A DNA stretch of 64,000 nt from Camelus dromedarius (Eukaryota). The stretch covers positions 33,418,001 to 33,482,000 of the forward strand of contig NC_087452.1 in the NCBI RefSeq assembly GCF_036321535.1, read 5' to 3'. The stretch's first letter is position 1. Each line of letters opens with the position of its first letter. The notes under the pieces are model-generated. The model did no database searches, was not told where the DNA came from, and saw only the letters and a program-made list of their open reading frames with translations. This document shows, one piece after another, positions 1 through 11,914 of the stretch. Both the position numbers and the translations under genes were made by a program.

Positions 1-585
1 CACAGCATTACAATAGCCAAAAGATGGAAACAACCCAATGCCCATTAACAGACAGATAACTATATATATATATATATAATTTTTAAATGTATATTTAAAT
101 TTTTTTAAAAAGGAATGAAGTTTGCATGCATGCTATGACATGAATGAACCTTGAAAACACTATGTTAATTGAAATGTCAGGCACAAAATGACAAATATTG
201 TATGATTCCACTTATATGGGGTCTGAGGAAAGGCAAATTCACAGAGACAAAATATAGATTAGAGGTTACCAGGGGCTAGAGGGAGGTGGCAATGGGAATT
301 ATTTGCTTAATCGTTCGTTTGTGTCTGGGGCGATGAAAAAGTTTTAGAAACAGTGTTGATGGTTTCATTACACTGTGAACGTAATTAATGCACATTGTTA
401 CACATAAAAATGGTTTAAATGGCAAATTTTGTTACAACATATGTAATATATTTATCACATCTTTGTAAAAAAAATCAGTAATGTAATATAGGGAAAATCA
501 CTGAATTAGACACCTTAAAGGCGTGATCTGTATGGTGTGTGAATTCTATCTCAAAGCTGTTTTTTAAAAAGGTAACAGTGGTGGC
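1..585 (+). mobile_element. Old LINE-1 (L1M-type) 3' end fragment in RBM6 intron 1
   Basis: Diverged L1 3' motifs are visible (aatagccaaaagatggaaacaaccc, aaaaggaatgaag, tattgtatgattccacttatat, gaggttaccaggggct). Subfamily and boundaries are approximate. Confidence 0.7.
60..77. repeat. (TA)n microsatellite
   Basis: Alternating TA run seen directly. Confidence 0.85.
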
Positions 586-589
586 TAAT

Positions 590-790
590 ATTTAGTGAAA
601 ACTTTCTGCACACCAGTCACTGTTCTAAGAGCATTACATACACCTCTCAACAACCTACAAGATGCCTATATTTCTTAACCTCATTTCACATATGAGGAAA
701 TTCAAGTTAGGTAATTTGTCCAATGTCACTAAGTTAGTGGAGGAGTTAGGGATTCAAAGCCTATCAGAAGCTAGAGCTCCTACAGTTACC
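590..790 (-). mobile_element. MIR SINE relic
   Basis: Reverse-complement MIR core (ctgttctaagagcattac, atttcacatatgaggaaa, taatttgtccaatgtcac). Confidence 0.6.
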
Positions 791-1749
791 AACTCTGCTC
801 TATTGAGTCCCACAGTGTGATAGGAAGGTTATAAAAGGCACCTGATAGATGCCCTGTTAACTAAGTGAATGACATGAACAACTACTGTGGGAGTATAGCA
901 GAAAAATTAATTCTAAGCACTTGGTATACAGCTAGAAGAGTTCATGATTTATGATCCCTAAAATTGCAGAACTTTCCAATAGCTTTAATCTTAATACAAC
1001 TCTGAATCAGACTATTAACACCAGTTTATACATTTAAACATTGGCAGGTGAATATAACCTTGCCTATGTATCTTCAATAAGACTGGAGAGTTCACTTAGT
1101 AACCTCTCCATTGACAGTTCTCTGAAAGGCTACAAAGTCCTAGGCTCCTAAAGGTAACAAAAATAAACCCAATTCTGGTAACACAATTCTAAAAAGAAGG
1201 GTGCTACAGATGTCCAAAAACAGAGACCCAGTAGCTATCCTGTAGGTTAGGTACCTAGTTAGATGCTAGTTAACCAGACAAGGTTCAGGTCCAACAAATG
1301 GTAACATACTATTAGTTACTTCAGATATTGCCAGTCCTACCCTCACTCATCAGTTCTTGATCCTCTCCCTATAGTCCTCACAAGTGTGCTGATGTTGACA
1401 TTATTAAACCATTCACACTGGTAGCATTACTCAACAGGAAGTTGAAAACTAACAAACTAGGGCACAATCCAGAGTTCAGAAAATGAACCAGGTGATCAGG
1501 CGCATCAGTCTACTGAACTCCTTCACCTAGATCCCGCAACTCTGACCTTCACAAGCAAACCTGGAATATGCAAAAAATACAATTACCCTTACAGCATATA
1601 CAGTACAAAGTCCTTTCTGTTAAAAAATGCACGCCCAGAATTGAGTCCAGTCGCACAACATCAATTCTAAAGTTAAAAGAAAAACAGATTTTCAACGCCA
1701 AAAGAAATCTAAAAAGTGAATAAAAGGAAACATGCCTCTCCTCCCACAT

Positions 1750-2750
1750 TCGCCCAACGGGCACAGGACCCACCAGACCACTCTCCCGCCTCCAGCTTCT
1801 ACCGACCCGCGTGTCGGGGTCCGAGCTCTCGCGCCCTGTGGTCCTGCTGAGCCCACTCGGGTCTGTCCAGGTCTGAGGGCGAGGTTACGGTGCTAGGCAC
1901 AAGAAAGGCTCCCTCTTCAGCGATGCCTCAGAGAACTGGATCAGATTCCTGCAAAAGCAGGAATAAAGGGGGAAGAAAGGGCCGCCTGCAGCTCCGCGGA
2001 CCCGAAGCACCGAACCGCGACCACGCGCCAGCCCCAGACCCCGCAGCCGGCCGCCCCGAGACCTGACCGGTAATTCTGCCGCCGCGCCGGGCCCCGCGCC
2101 GGGCCCCGCCCCGGGACCGCGACCGTTCCGGGGCGTTCCTCCCGTGGGCGGCACCTCCCTCACCACCCCGCCACTTGACTCTTCTTGAGCGAGGCCGCGG
2201 CTGCCCCGCGACACCGAAGCCGCAGCTTCCAGGCCGCGAGGGTCTGCCACGTCCAGAGCAGCCTGGCAGGCCAGCTCCTTCCCCACAGGCTCCGGCACGC
2301 CCTCTTTACCACCCCAAACCCTTACCGAGGCAGCGCGGCCTCCGCAGCCCGCTCCTAATCCTCAGCCACAGCAACCGACCCAGCGCCGCGGAGACCGGAA
2401 CTTCCTCCGCTTTCGGCCGCTGCCTCCACAAAGGCGCCGCCGCCTTCAGCGCTCGGCCCGCCGGGAGATGGAGTACAGCTGCGGGTCCCGCCGACTCCAC
2501 TCCCGCCGTGCCCCGCGCGTGGGGCGGGGGGCGGGACGGGGGTGTGTGCTTGCCTGCGGGGGCGGGGCGTGGGGGCACGCTCTCGCCGGCGTCCAATGGG
2601 AGGGCGCTTCCCCGCCCTGGTCCGCTGGGGCTGCTGGGGGCTGTGGTTTGGCCTCTGGCCCGCGGCCCCTTGTCTTCTTTGGCTCTTTGGAGTTGAGCAA
2701 GGCGTGCATTTTCTTGGTGGCTTGGCCTTGCTCCCCGCCAGAGCGGATAT
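1750..2750. promoter_or_regulatory. CpG island / RBM6 promoter with GC boxes and an inverted ETS pair
   Basis: Very CpG-dense. GGGCGG runs at about 2520-2570, CCAAT at about 2593, CCGGAACTTCC at about 2395-2405, and a 12-bp gcgccgggcccc repeat at about 2083-2110. Confidence 0.85.
2326..2470 (-). other. RBM6: RBM6 non-coding exon 1 (the gene continues leftwards out of the window)
   Basis: The reverse complement reads ...ggcggcgcctttgtggaggcagcggccgaaagcggaggaagttccggtctccgcggcgctgggtcgg..., matching the RBM6 5'UTR as I recall it, and ends at a strong donor CTCG|GTAAGG (intron starts at 2325). Synteny RBM6-MON1A-MST1R-CAMKV-TRAIP supports the call. TSS is approximate. Confidence 0.8.
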
Positions 2751-2942
2751 GGCCCTGACCTGCCTAGCTTGAAAACGCCTTATTTTCTCTTAGTGTAAAG
2801 GAAATGGAAGGGAACCTTCTCCGTCCTAAGCCTTCTGGGTCAGGGACTTCTGGCCCACTCAAGCGCCTGACTCCCGACCTTCCCAATACAGGAGTTTAGC
2901 CCTTTTGCCCAAGACCTGAGGATAGGTGCGAGAGATCGTGGA

Positions 2943-3000
2943 GAAAAACGGTAGTCACAGAGGCTCCTCCCGAAAAACGGTAGTCACAGAGGCTCCTCCC
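2943..3000. repeat. Perfect 29-bp tandem duplication
   Basis: gaaaaacggtagtcacagaggctcctccc at 2943-2971 and again at 2972-3000. Confidence 0.95.
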
Positions 3001-3529
3001 CTTTTCCTTCTGCTGGGTATCCAAGTTAGGCATCCTCAGCTCAAGAATACCAGGTGAGTACCATCAGTAGTCCTACCTATGAAGGAAAATCTGCTCAGTT
3101 TCAACAGGGAAACTAGCTCTCGGGCAATAAGTCTGGCCAAGAGTGACTTGTGCGAGGTCACAGAGGTGTCTGCAAATCAGCAATCTAGTGGAAAACGGAG
3201 CAGCAAGCTTTAAGTTTGCAGCTCATTTCCAGGATCTACTTACAGCTAATGTTCTTCAAATGGCCAGCTCCAAGTCTCCAAGTGGAGTGTCTACATTGTT
3301 GAAATGCTTGGTGGTTCCAGCTACCTGGTATCCCTGTCAGTGGATCCTCAGGGAAGGTAACCTGACTTTATAGCCTAAATTCAACATCATGGGATCAAAG
3401 AAGTCTCCACAAGAAAAGCTTGTAAATCATTATAAAATAAAGCAAGACTTTTCTGTAGAGAAAAGAGATTGTTGGGTTAAGTAGTCTTTAAAGTTACCTT
3501 CCTACTTTTCAAGCATCTTTTCTGAAGTC

Positions 3530-4250
3530 ATTCTTTCATTCAAGAACTGTGTGAAGCACCTGCTTGTAAGCCAGTCACTGCATTAGATGCTGGGGTTACA
3601 GGAAGGTGAACAAAGCTGATAGACTTTGCTGGTCTAGTGGAGACATGAGTGGGGCCAGTTACTGAAGACAGACAACAAACTAAACAAGATATATAATCTC
3701 TGCTGAAATGAATTTGATTTCTGTAAGGAGGGAGATGGAAAGTTGTTGGAGGGCTCTAAACAGAATAATATCATGGCTTCTATGTTAACAGGATCTCTCT
3801 GGCTGCTGAGTGGAGAATAGGCTGAAGGTAGAAATGGCAGAAGCAGGGCAGCTGGTTGGGAGATTATTGCAATAATTTAAACATAGAAGGATGATACTTG
3901 TACCTGTGTGGTCACAGTGGAAACAGGAGACATGGACTGGGATGAAGGGAAAGAGGGAAGAATAAGGAAGGAGCAATTTGGGTAGGAAGAGCAGGAGCTC
4001 AGTTTGGGGTAGGTTGTTTTTGATGCCAGTAGACAAGATGTGGAGTTGGCAGTTGGGTACATTAGTCTAGAATTCCAGGTAAAGCTCAAGGTTAGAGATG
4101 CAAATCTAGGAGGTATCAACATATCTGGTATCTAAAGCCATGGGCCTGGATGAGAATACCTAGGGAGTGAGAGAGTGAGTATAGTCAGGATAGCAGAGTT
4201 CCAGCCCTGAGCCCTGGGACACACCAGCAGTAAGATATTCCAGGTGAGAG
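3530..4250 (-). mobile_element. LINE-2 relic
   Basis: L2 3'-end-like cattctttcattcaa...gcacctgct...gctggggttaca, plus the purine-rich L2 body (ggagctcagtttgggg, aaagccatgggcctggatgag). Boundaries are approximate. Confidence 0.55.
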
Positions 4251-5623
4251 GAGGAACACTTACACAGAACTCCAGGTACTTTGACTTTGCCTCCCAAACT
4301 GGACCATTATTGGTGGATGTCTCCCTTATCAGAAAGTACCTTATCCTCTAAAGAGGTAAACCATATTAAGGAACTAGTTATTTTGTCTCATTCCAATCTC
4401 CTTGGGCAATAATAATTGCTACTCTTTATCACAACTCTGTGCCTGGCATTGTATTGATACTTCATTACTCATTTAATCTTCACAATAACCGTCTGATATC
4501 CCCTTTTATAGTTATGGAAACTAGAGCCCAGCCACAGCTGGGAAGTAGAGGGTGGGGAGATTCCAACCCAGATCAGTCCTACTCCAAGGTTCATGCTCCT
4601 GTTTTCCCCTTTTCTTTCCTTAGGGTGATTATTGAGGGTTTTCACAGGAAGCATCTAAAAAAAATTTTTTTAACTTACAGGAGTACTATGGACTGTAAGG
4701 TTATTTATACTGCCTTAGATGAGGAAGTATGAGCTATGTAAAAGAGCTGACCCAGAACAGCGCCCTCACCTGGAATGGAGAATACAGCGTCCAGTTGCAG
4801 AGATGAGTTGGCTCACCTTCAGCCCCTAAATCCTCACACGGAAGAATCCAGCAAAGAGAAAGACATGGTCCTGCCTGTTGTTGATTGTTGCCTTGGTCTC
4901 ATTTGGGGTCATGGCTCTTCAGCCTTGAAAGTAGGGGCCTGATCAAATGTTAAAATGAGAGACAGGAGCCATGAAAATTTCCAGCAGAGCAGGAAAACCA
5001 GCCGCCTTACCAGGGGCTGCAAAGTAATAAAGTCAGGGAGGAAAACCTCTTCAAAATTTCCAGGGAAGGACTGACTATTCTTATTTTAGCTCGGAATACT
5101 TCATATTGTATATCTTGTATTTGTATGAGGGGGAAATTGCTGAAAATGTTGAAAGAGTCATTAAAGGATTTGTCCTGAGTCACACAAGCAAGATAGGAAC
5201 AGGGCTGGGAACGGATCCCAGTCTCAGAATACAGTCACTTTAGCTACCTCTTCACAGCACCTCAGGTTCTGAAATATCCACTCAAGCCATGAAAGAAAAG
5301 AAATATGGGGAGGAACAGATGTCTTATTTGTTCTTTGCTCCAGTCCCAGCTAGACCTCACCACTGCTGTTGTGAAGATGACATGCTATGCTGGGTTCATG
5401 AAAATCATAGGCCTAGACAAAACAGAAAACTGTGGTTTTGAGGAGCCCCTGACCTGGAGGTGCAGGGTAGCCTGTGGTTTGTGGCAAAGCCTGAGGCTTG
5501 AAGGATCATCATATAGGGCAGTAGAGCCATCACAGGATTGACATTTATTATTATTCCAAAAGACCAAGTTATATTTCTTGGTAGTTCTGTCAGCAAAAAG
5601 TGACCTTTCAGAAGGGTTGTCTT

Positions 5624-5772
5624 GGGGAGAAGGTATAGCTCAGTGGTAGAGCCATGCTTAGCATGCATGAGGTCCTGGGTTCAATCCCCAGTACCTCCAC
5701 TTAATAAATAAATAAACCTAATTACCCCCAAACAAAAAAAAAAATCCAAACAAACAAAAAGTTAAAAAAAAA
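5624..5772 (+). mobile_element. Young tRNA-Ala-derived SINE (vic-1-like), copy 1
   Basis: Head GGGGAGAAGGTATAGCTCAGTGGTAGAG (box A) ... GGTTCAATCCC (box B), body agtacctcca...aataaacctaattacc, A-rich tail, degenerate TSD (gaagggttgtc / aaggggttatc). Confidence 0.85.
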
Positions 5773-6879
5773 GGGGTTATCCCAATATTCAAATATATAA
5801 ATACAGGTCAACAGGTGGATTAAAACAGAGTTTTAAACAACAACTGTAAAATGTTTTAGTAAGTATCCACAACGGTTTGCTCTGTGAGAATGTCCTAGGC
5901 TCAAGTCTTAGCCCAAAGCACCTGGGGTGTATGGCCACTCTTTTGGCTAAAGAGATGCAATACTTCCAAATGAGTGTGGTGCTATTTGGTGAAGCTCATG
6001 TGCTTAAAAGCAAAAGTGAGACTCAAAGAAGCCCTGAGGTCACATGAAGACTATGGAGATTGGTTAGGTATGTTAGAAAAGTTTAAATGTCTTTTATGGG
6101 GATCACTTCTGTGGGGTGCAACTTCTGGTTAATGGAATATAGCCAGGTTATTTCTGTACCAGCCAGGGAATATGAGAGCTTCTTGGCTTAAACTCTTATA
6201 ATGTAATATGGCAGGATTAATGAGAGCAAAACCGTGTAAATGATATTTATTCTAAGGGAGGGAGCCTGTCCTTCTGATCTAGTGAGGAGAGAAAATGAAT
6301 GACCTGGGAAGACCCGGAGACTCCTCTCCCCCTCTCTCCTCTCCAGGAGAACAGATGGGTAAGGAATTGGGCATTTTCTCACAGGTTCTTACCTAAAAGG
6401 GAGGAGAAAGCTGCCCTTAAATTATGTGCAAGGGTCTAATAGCCTGTGCAAAGCCATCTCTGGTAAAAGGCCACAGCTTTGTCACCATGTCAGTCACAAG
6501 CCAGTGTTGTGGAGGTAAGCTCCAAGTGACAGCTGTCTGAGACTACGAGAAAAGCTGAGGGGCAGAGCTCTCTCCCAATTCCAGTGTAGGACTGAGACGG
6601 AAACAGGACACTGCATTGGGGTGCTTGGAACAGCAGGGAGAATCAAAGGAGTGATTTCAGACTTTTTCCTTCATCTCTGAACTGTTGGGTGAATTAACTG
6701 TGAGGCTATAAAGTGATCTGATTGCTTCAGAGATGGCATGAGCAGTATTGTTGTTAATCCCTAATTTTAATTCTTTAAACTGTTCTCCAAAAATAAAATT
6801 GTTTCGGAAAGCTTTATGTTTTCCTGTTGTTTTTATCACTTTGCATCTAGGAAATTACAAATTACCATAGGAGAGGTAT

Positions 6880-7050
6880 CCTTGCCCTGGCAAATCACCT
6901 GGGAAGTTTTTAAAAAGATAATGAGGCCTGAGTCCCATCCCAATCCAATTAAATCAAAATCTCTAGGAGTCGTATCCAGGCATTTGTGTGTGTGTGTGTG
7001 TATTTTTTTTTTTAAGTTCCCAGGGCAGAGTCGAGAACTACCGTTCTAGT
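6880..7050. mobile_element. MER5-like hAT DNA transposon relic with an embedded (TG)n/T run
   Basis: atcacctgggaagtttttaaaaa...ccaattaaatcaaaatctctagga...ttaagttcccagg resembles the MER5 consensus. Confidence 0.5.
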
Positions 7051-7445
7051 GCCTCATACTGATATATTAAAACGTAATGGCTAAAAGGAATTTTTTTAAG
7101 CAATAATAGGTGTGTCTACACCCTTTTAGCCAATGTGGCCAAGCCCACTAGTGACATTTATCCAGCCCACAAACTTGCAATGTCCTTCCACAGTCAGTGG
7201 AGGAAACAACCTTAACGTCTCTTTCTTTCCATTGAAATAAACCTCTTGTTGGGTCGGGCGGAGGGGCCGGGGTTTCTGGGCCTGCGGTCCACCCCGGGCT
7301 TTGGGTTTGGGGAGGTGCCTGGGCTTGGCCGGGACGCTGGAGAAGGAAGTGCCGGCCGAGGCCATCCCGACCCGGGTCAGGTCCCGCCCAGGGCTCTGCC
7401 AGGACCGGGCGCCCGGCCCCGCCTCGCGGCGGCCGTGCACTGCGA

Positions 7446-7465
7446 ACTACATCTCCCATAATGCA
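7446..7465 (+). promoter_or_regulatory. ZNF143/THAP11 (SBS) motif
   Basis: ACTACATCTCCCATAATGCA matches the established ACTACANNTCCCA..ATGCA consensus. Confidence 0.75.
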
Positions 7466-7499
7466 CCCTGGGGGCGGGCAGGGCCAGGCCCAGAGACCG

Positions 7500-7744
7500 T
7501 AGCCGGGCCTCTGCCGCGAGAGGCCGGCGAGGGCTGTCTTCCTGAGCCGGCAGCCGGACGACGGGCGGTGGGTGGGGGCGGTGGTCAGCGCTGTGGCCAT
7601 GTCTGCGTCCGCAGGGGATCGTGGTCTCGCGAACCTGAGCCCTCACTCCAGGCCCGGCCGGACACCCGTGCCCTCCCGGGGGTCCGGCAGAAGGCAGTGA
7701 CCGGCAATCTCTGTGCGTCCTGCCCCCTCCTCCCAGAGAAACAG
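7500..7744 (+). other. MON1A: MON1A exon 1 (5'UTR; start approximate)
   Basis: Ends at the strong donor ACAG|GTGAGT (7744/7745). The next exon starts at 14062 after cccacag. Confidence 0.7.
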
Positions 7745-10700
7745 GTGAGTCCGACTACCAACTCACGTGGCCTGGGGGCACCTAGAGACTGGAGAGCTGT
7801 CATCTTTGGAGGGAGGGGCTTGAAGACTGGGAGCCTCTGCCGTCTATGCTGCCATTTGCGGTAGGAGGACTAGGTCTCTCTGGGGTCACTTAGACGGTTG
7901 GTCCCCAGCTGGGGAATACAAAAGGCGAGGCCTGGAACTCTTCCTTTGGCTGAGAGGGCAAAGTCCTGTAGGGGCAGTGGCCAGGTAGTACTGCCCCACC
8001 CCCCAACGCACACTTTCTGCAAGCAGAGGGCTCTCAAACATTTGCAGTGGTTGACTGTGGGGTGAGCAAGGCAGCTCCTGAAAGTGTCTTGGGGCTTGGA
8101 ACTTTGCTCTCAAGGGTGTCCTGGCTCAGATAACCGAGCTGCCGCTTATACCAGGTGAGCCACTCTGAGCTGGAGTTTGCTGGGGGAGGGTAAGCAGCCT
8201 TTGTCAGAGAGGGGAGTGGCCACCAGCAGTGACAAGTACCAGGCCATACTCTCAGCAGGGTAGGCATCCTGCTGAAGTAGCTACAGCGCAGCCTCACGTG
8301 GACCCTGTCTGCCACACCTCCATGCATCCTGGCACTATCCTCCCAGGTGGACCACTCCTCAAAGGATCAAGGCAGGATGGAGCACTGTGTAAGCAGGAAG
8401 AGGGAGCAGGAATAGTAGAGAGCCAGTTGGGAGGGGCTCTTGCAAGGCCCTCCCTTCCTTCAGGCCAGGCACCTAGAGGAGGGAGGCACAGTAGAAGGGC
8501 TGATTGAGCTAACTTGTTTGGTAACATCGCTCAAAGGCACAGCAGAGCACTTCTAGGGAAATTAGCAAGCCCTGTGGTCTTCTAGAGAGGCTGCCTGAGA
8601 AGGGGCCCAAAGGGAGTATCTGGTTCTAAGAGACTTCTCTTGTTTGACTGCTTCAGATTCAGCCCCCCAAAAGCTTCGGCCACACAAGTTAAGGCTTCAG
8701 TGGCTACTAGGTAGGTTTTGCGATGAGTCTTTCACCCTCCCTGCCTAGTTTCCAGTGTAAGTGTCCAGAGAACTGTTTGCTTCTTCAGAGCTTTTGGCTG
8801 GATCCCCAGATTGGCCTTGGAGTTACTGAGGTGCTGCATGATCTCAGGTGGCAGGGGAACTGTTAAGAAGGAAGGGTCCACCAGCCTCAGCCAGCTTAGC
8901 CTGCCCTCACTCTTTGCAGGTACCATGCTGGGTAATACTCAGACATGCTGGCTTAGTCACCTGAGGGATCAGTGAGTAATGGGCCCTCAGAGCATCCCAT
9001 AAGCTGCTATAGACCTTGTTTGAGTCTTTGAGCCAGAGGTGCAAGGACACAGAGCAGGTGCATGTGACAGACTAAGGAGTTCAACTTGGCAGACACTTCT
9101 AGGAGCAGCAGAGAACTAATAGTCTGTTCCTGCAACTTCAGGATGAATAGCCAGTTAGCCTGGGGGAACTCCTAGCCCTAGGCCAATAGACATCTTTTGG
9201 GCCCAAAGTCACAGAAGGGTCATTTCAGGCCACAACCCACCTTGCTTCATGAGGTCAGAAACACGTTTTCCCAAGCCAGTTCATTCTGGGCCTGGCTCAG
9301 GGGGAGCAAACTCTCAAAAGAAAGATTTACATGGCAGAGACCACTGGGTCTGTGTGTAAATGCAGATACACACGATCTGAATGCTGAATAAGAATAATCA
9401 CAATATGCTAAAGACAGCTGAGTGTACAAATGCCTACTCTGTGCCAGGGTAACCAAATTACATGGATTCTGTCATTTAATCCTCCCACAACCCAATGAAT
9501 GGTGCTATCATTATCTTCATTTTATAGGTAAGAAAGCTGAGACTCATAAAACCAAGCCAGGTTAATCCAGGTCCCTCTGACTCCAGAGCCATTGTTATTG
9601 AGCACTTGACTACAACCAAGGACAAATCTTCCCCACAAGCAGGAGTCTCCCCAGGCTACACTGGAGCTGGGTGTTCTTTGAGGATTTTTCACCTTCTCCC
9701 TTACAAAATTATATACTCCTGCTGACATTTTGAAATTTGTGGCAGGTCACAGGGTGACCCTCAGTGTAGAAAAATAAAGTAGAGCAAGGGGGATAAGAAT
9801 CCAGGATATTTCTAAGGTCACACTTGAGCAGCAACCTGAAGGAAGTGACAGAGTGGGTCATGTAGATATTTGCCCAAGCAATGGAATAGGTGAGGTGGGG
9901 GGGCAGCGGAAAAAGCAGGGAGATGTGGTCCAGGCAGAAAGTTCAGCAAGAACAAGGTTCTGAAGTGAAGGAGTACTCAGGATTCACATTTACAATGCAC
10001 TTAAGGAAAGCCATGAGGTCAGTGCGGCTGGGCTGACACAAAGCAAGTCGGGTAAAGGGCAGGAGATGAGGTCAAAGAATTAATGGGAGGGGGTGTAGAT
10101 AGAGTGGTTCTTGTGCATCACTGTGAGGAAATTGGCTTTCTCTCTGGGTGAGGTGGGACCATTACAGAATTGTGAGCAGAGGAATTACATGACCTGGCTT
10201 CTGTTTCAAGTGGATCACTTTGAGTGCTGTGAGAAGGGGATAGACTGCACAGGGACAAGGGCAGAGGTCAGTAAACTGGTTAGAAGACTGTTGTAGCAGT
10301 CTGCTAGAGATGTAATATTGGCCTGGACCAATGTGGTAGTGGTGGAGGTGATGAGAAGTGGTCAGTCTCTGGATATGGGCATTTCCCACACAGCATCAGT
10401 AAACTGTTACATGAAAGTTAGACATTTGTCTGGAATCACTTAGTGTCTGTTCCCATTATTTTAAATGAAAAAAAGTATTAACGCTCCCTTCATCAACCCC
10501 AAATCCCCATTTTTCTAAAATGGCACTGAAACACAAGGAAAATACATACTTAATATATGCCCGATAAATTATAGTGTTAAAATATAAAATGCTTAAAACA
10601 TTTCCTCCTTACATCAAACAGTGTTTGATGTAAGCCTCTTTCGTTGGCTCTCAATGATCTTCTGTCAGTTCTATTTGGAATGTCATTTGAGGCTTTAAAT

Positions 10701-10792
10701 GCACATTACATTATTAAAAATATACATCAAGTATTGATGACATAAATATGCAGTTTCTTCTGTATAAACATAAGCTCAGTCAATATGTTTGT

Positions 10793-11250
10793 TGTATTAG
10801 TTATCTATTGCTGTGTAACAAATTATCCCAAAACTTACCAGCTTAAACAACCAATAAATATTTATTATTTCATACAATTTCTCAGGGTCAGGAATTTAGG
10901 AGCCTTTTAGATGTATGGTTCACATCCGATGTCTCTCATGAGGTTTTAGTCATCCAAATGCTTAACTGGGGCTAGATGTTTTGCTTCCAAGATTGCTCAC
11001 TCACATGACTAGCACCTTGCTACTGGCTGTTTGCAGGTGTCAGTTTCTTGCCATGAGGTCCTCTCTATAGGGCTGCTTGAGTGTCCTCACAACATGGCTG
11101 CTGGCTCCACTTAGAGTGATCTAAGAAGGCAAGGCAGAAACCACAATGTCTTTTATGACTCAGCCTCAGATGTCACACATTGTCATTTTCACATTATCCT
11201 GTTGGTTACGTAGATCAGTGCTGCTCAGTGTGGGAGGGAAGTATACAAAA
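10793..11250 (-). mobile_element. MLT1-type MaLR solo LTR
   Basis: Begins TGTATTAGTTATCTATTGCTGTGTAACAAATTATCCCAAAACTTA, the typical reverse-complement MLT1 end. Confidence 0.7.
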
Positions 11251-11766
11251 GCCTGAATGCCTGGAGTTGAGGATCACTGGGGACCACTTTGAAGTCTGGC
11301 TACTGCAGTTAGGTATTAAAAACCAGAGGCATTCTATGGGGCAAGTGTTAATGAGAGATATTTTGCTGGGTGTGCCTGGGTGTATTCTGAATTACAACCG
11401 ACAGAATTTGCTGATGGTTTGGTATATGAGGTATGGGAAAAAGAGAGGCATAAGGGATGACTCCAAGATCATTTGCTAAATAACTAACAGAATGAAATTG
11501 TCTTTCGCTGAGATAGAGAAGACTCTGGGAGGAACAACTTTTTAAGGGGATGCTCAGGAACTCAGTTTGGGACATACAACTTTGAGATACTGTAAGATAT
11601 CCAAGGGCAGACATCAAGTAGACAGTTAAATGTGTGTGCTTCTAGAAGTAAGAAAATAGATCGAGGCTGCAAATAAAATTTGGAATCATTAATGTATCAG
11701 TAAAATTTAAAACCACAAGATTGGGTATAATCACCAAGGGATTGAATGGAGACAAAAAAGAGATCC

Positions 11767-11914
11767 GGGGCAAGGGTATATAGCTCAAGTAGTAGAGCGC
11801 ATGCTTATCACGCATGAGGTCCTGAGTTCAATCCCCAGTACCTCCATTTAAAATAAATAAATAAACAATTAATTAATTAATTAATTAATCTTAATTACCT
11901 CCCCCCACCAAAAA
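11767..11914 (+). mobile_element. Young tRNA-derived SINE (vic-1-like), copy 2
   Basis: Same head and body as copy 1. TSD aaaaaagagatcc at 11754-11766 and 11915-11927. Internal (TAAT)n expansion. Confidence 0.9.

Larger units (their letters stand above)
7240..7760. promoter_or_regulatory. CpG island / MON1A promoter
   Basis: CpG-rich block with GC boxes (gggcgg at about 7256 and 7472) directly upstream of the donor at 7744. Confidence 0.85.

Noticed and set aside
1885-2772. Several 76-173 aa ORFs on both strands at the RBM6 CpG island
   Set aside because: GC-rich sequence is depleted of stop codons, most start at non-ATG codons, the peptides are Pro/Gly/Arg-rich with no recognisable family, and they cross the exon-1 donor.
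5624-5700. tRNA-Ala-like sequences (also at 11767, 14992 and 33773)
   Set aside because: They have SINE bodies, A tails and TSDs, the acceptor stems are broken and the copies diverge from one another. These are SINE heads, not tRNA genes.
7301-7864. 187-aa ORF over MON1A exon 1 as a coding first exon
   Set aside because: It starts at TTG, contains no in-frame ATG before the donor, and is phase 0 at the donor whereas phase 2 is needed to join the MON1A frame.
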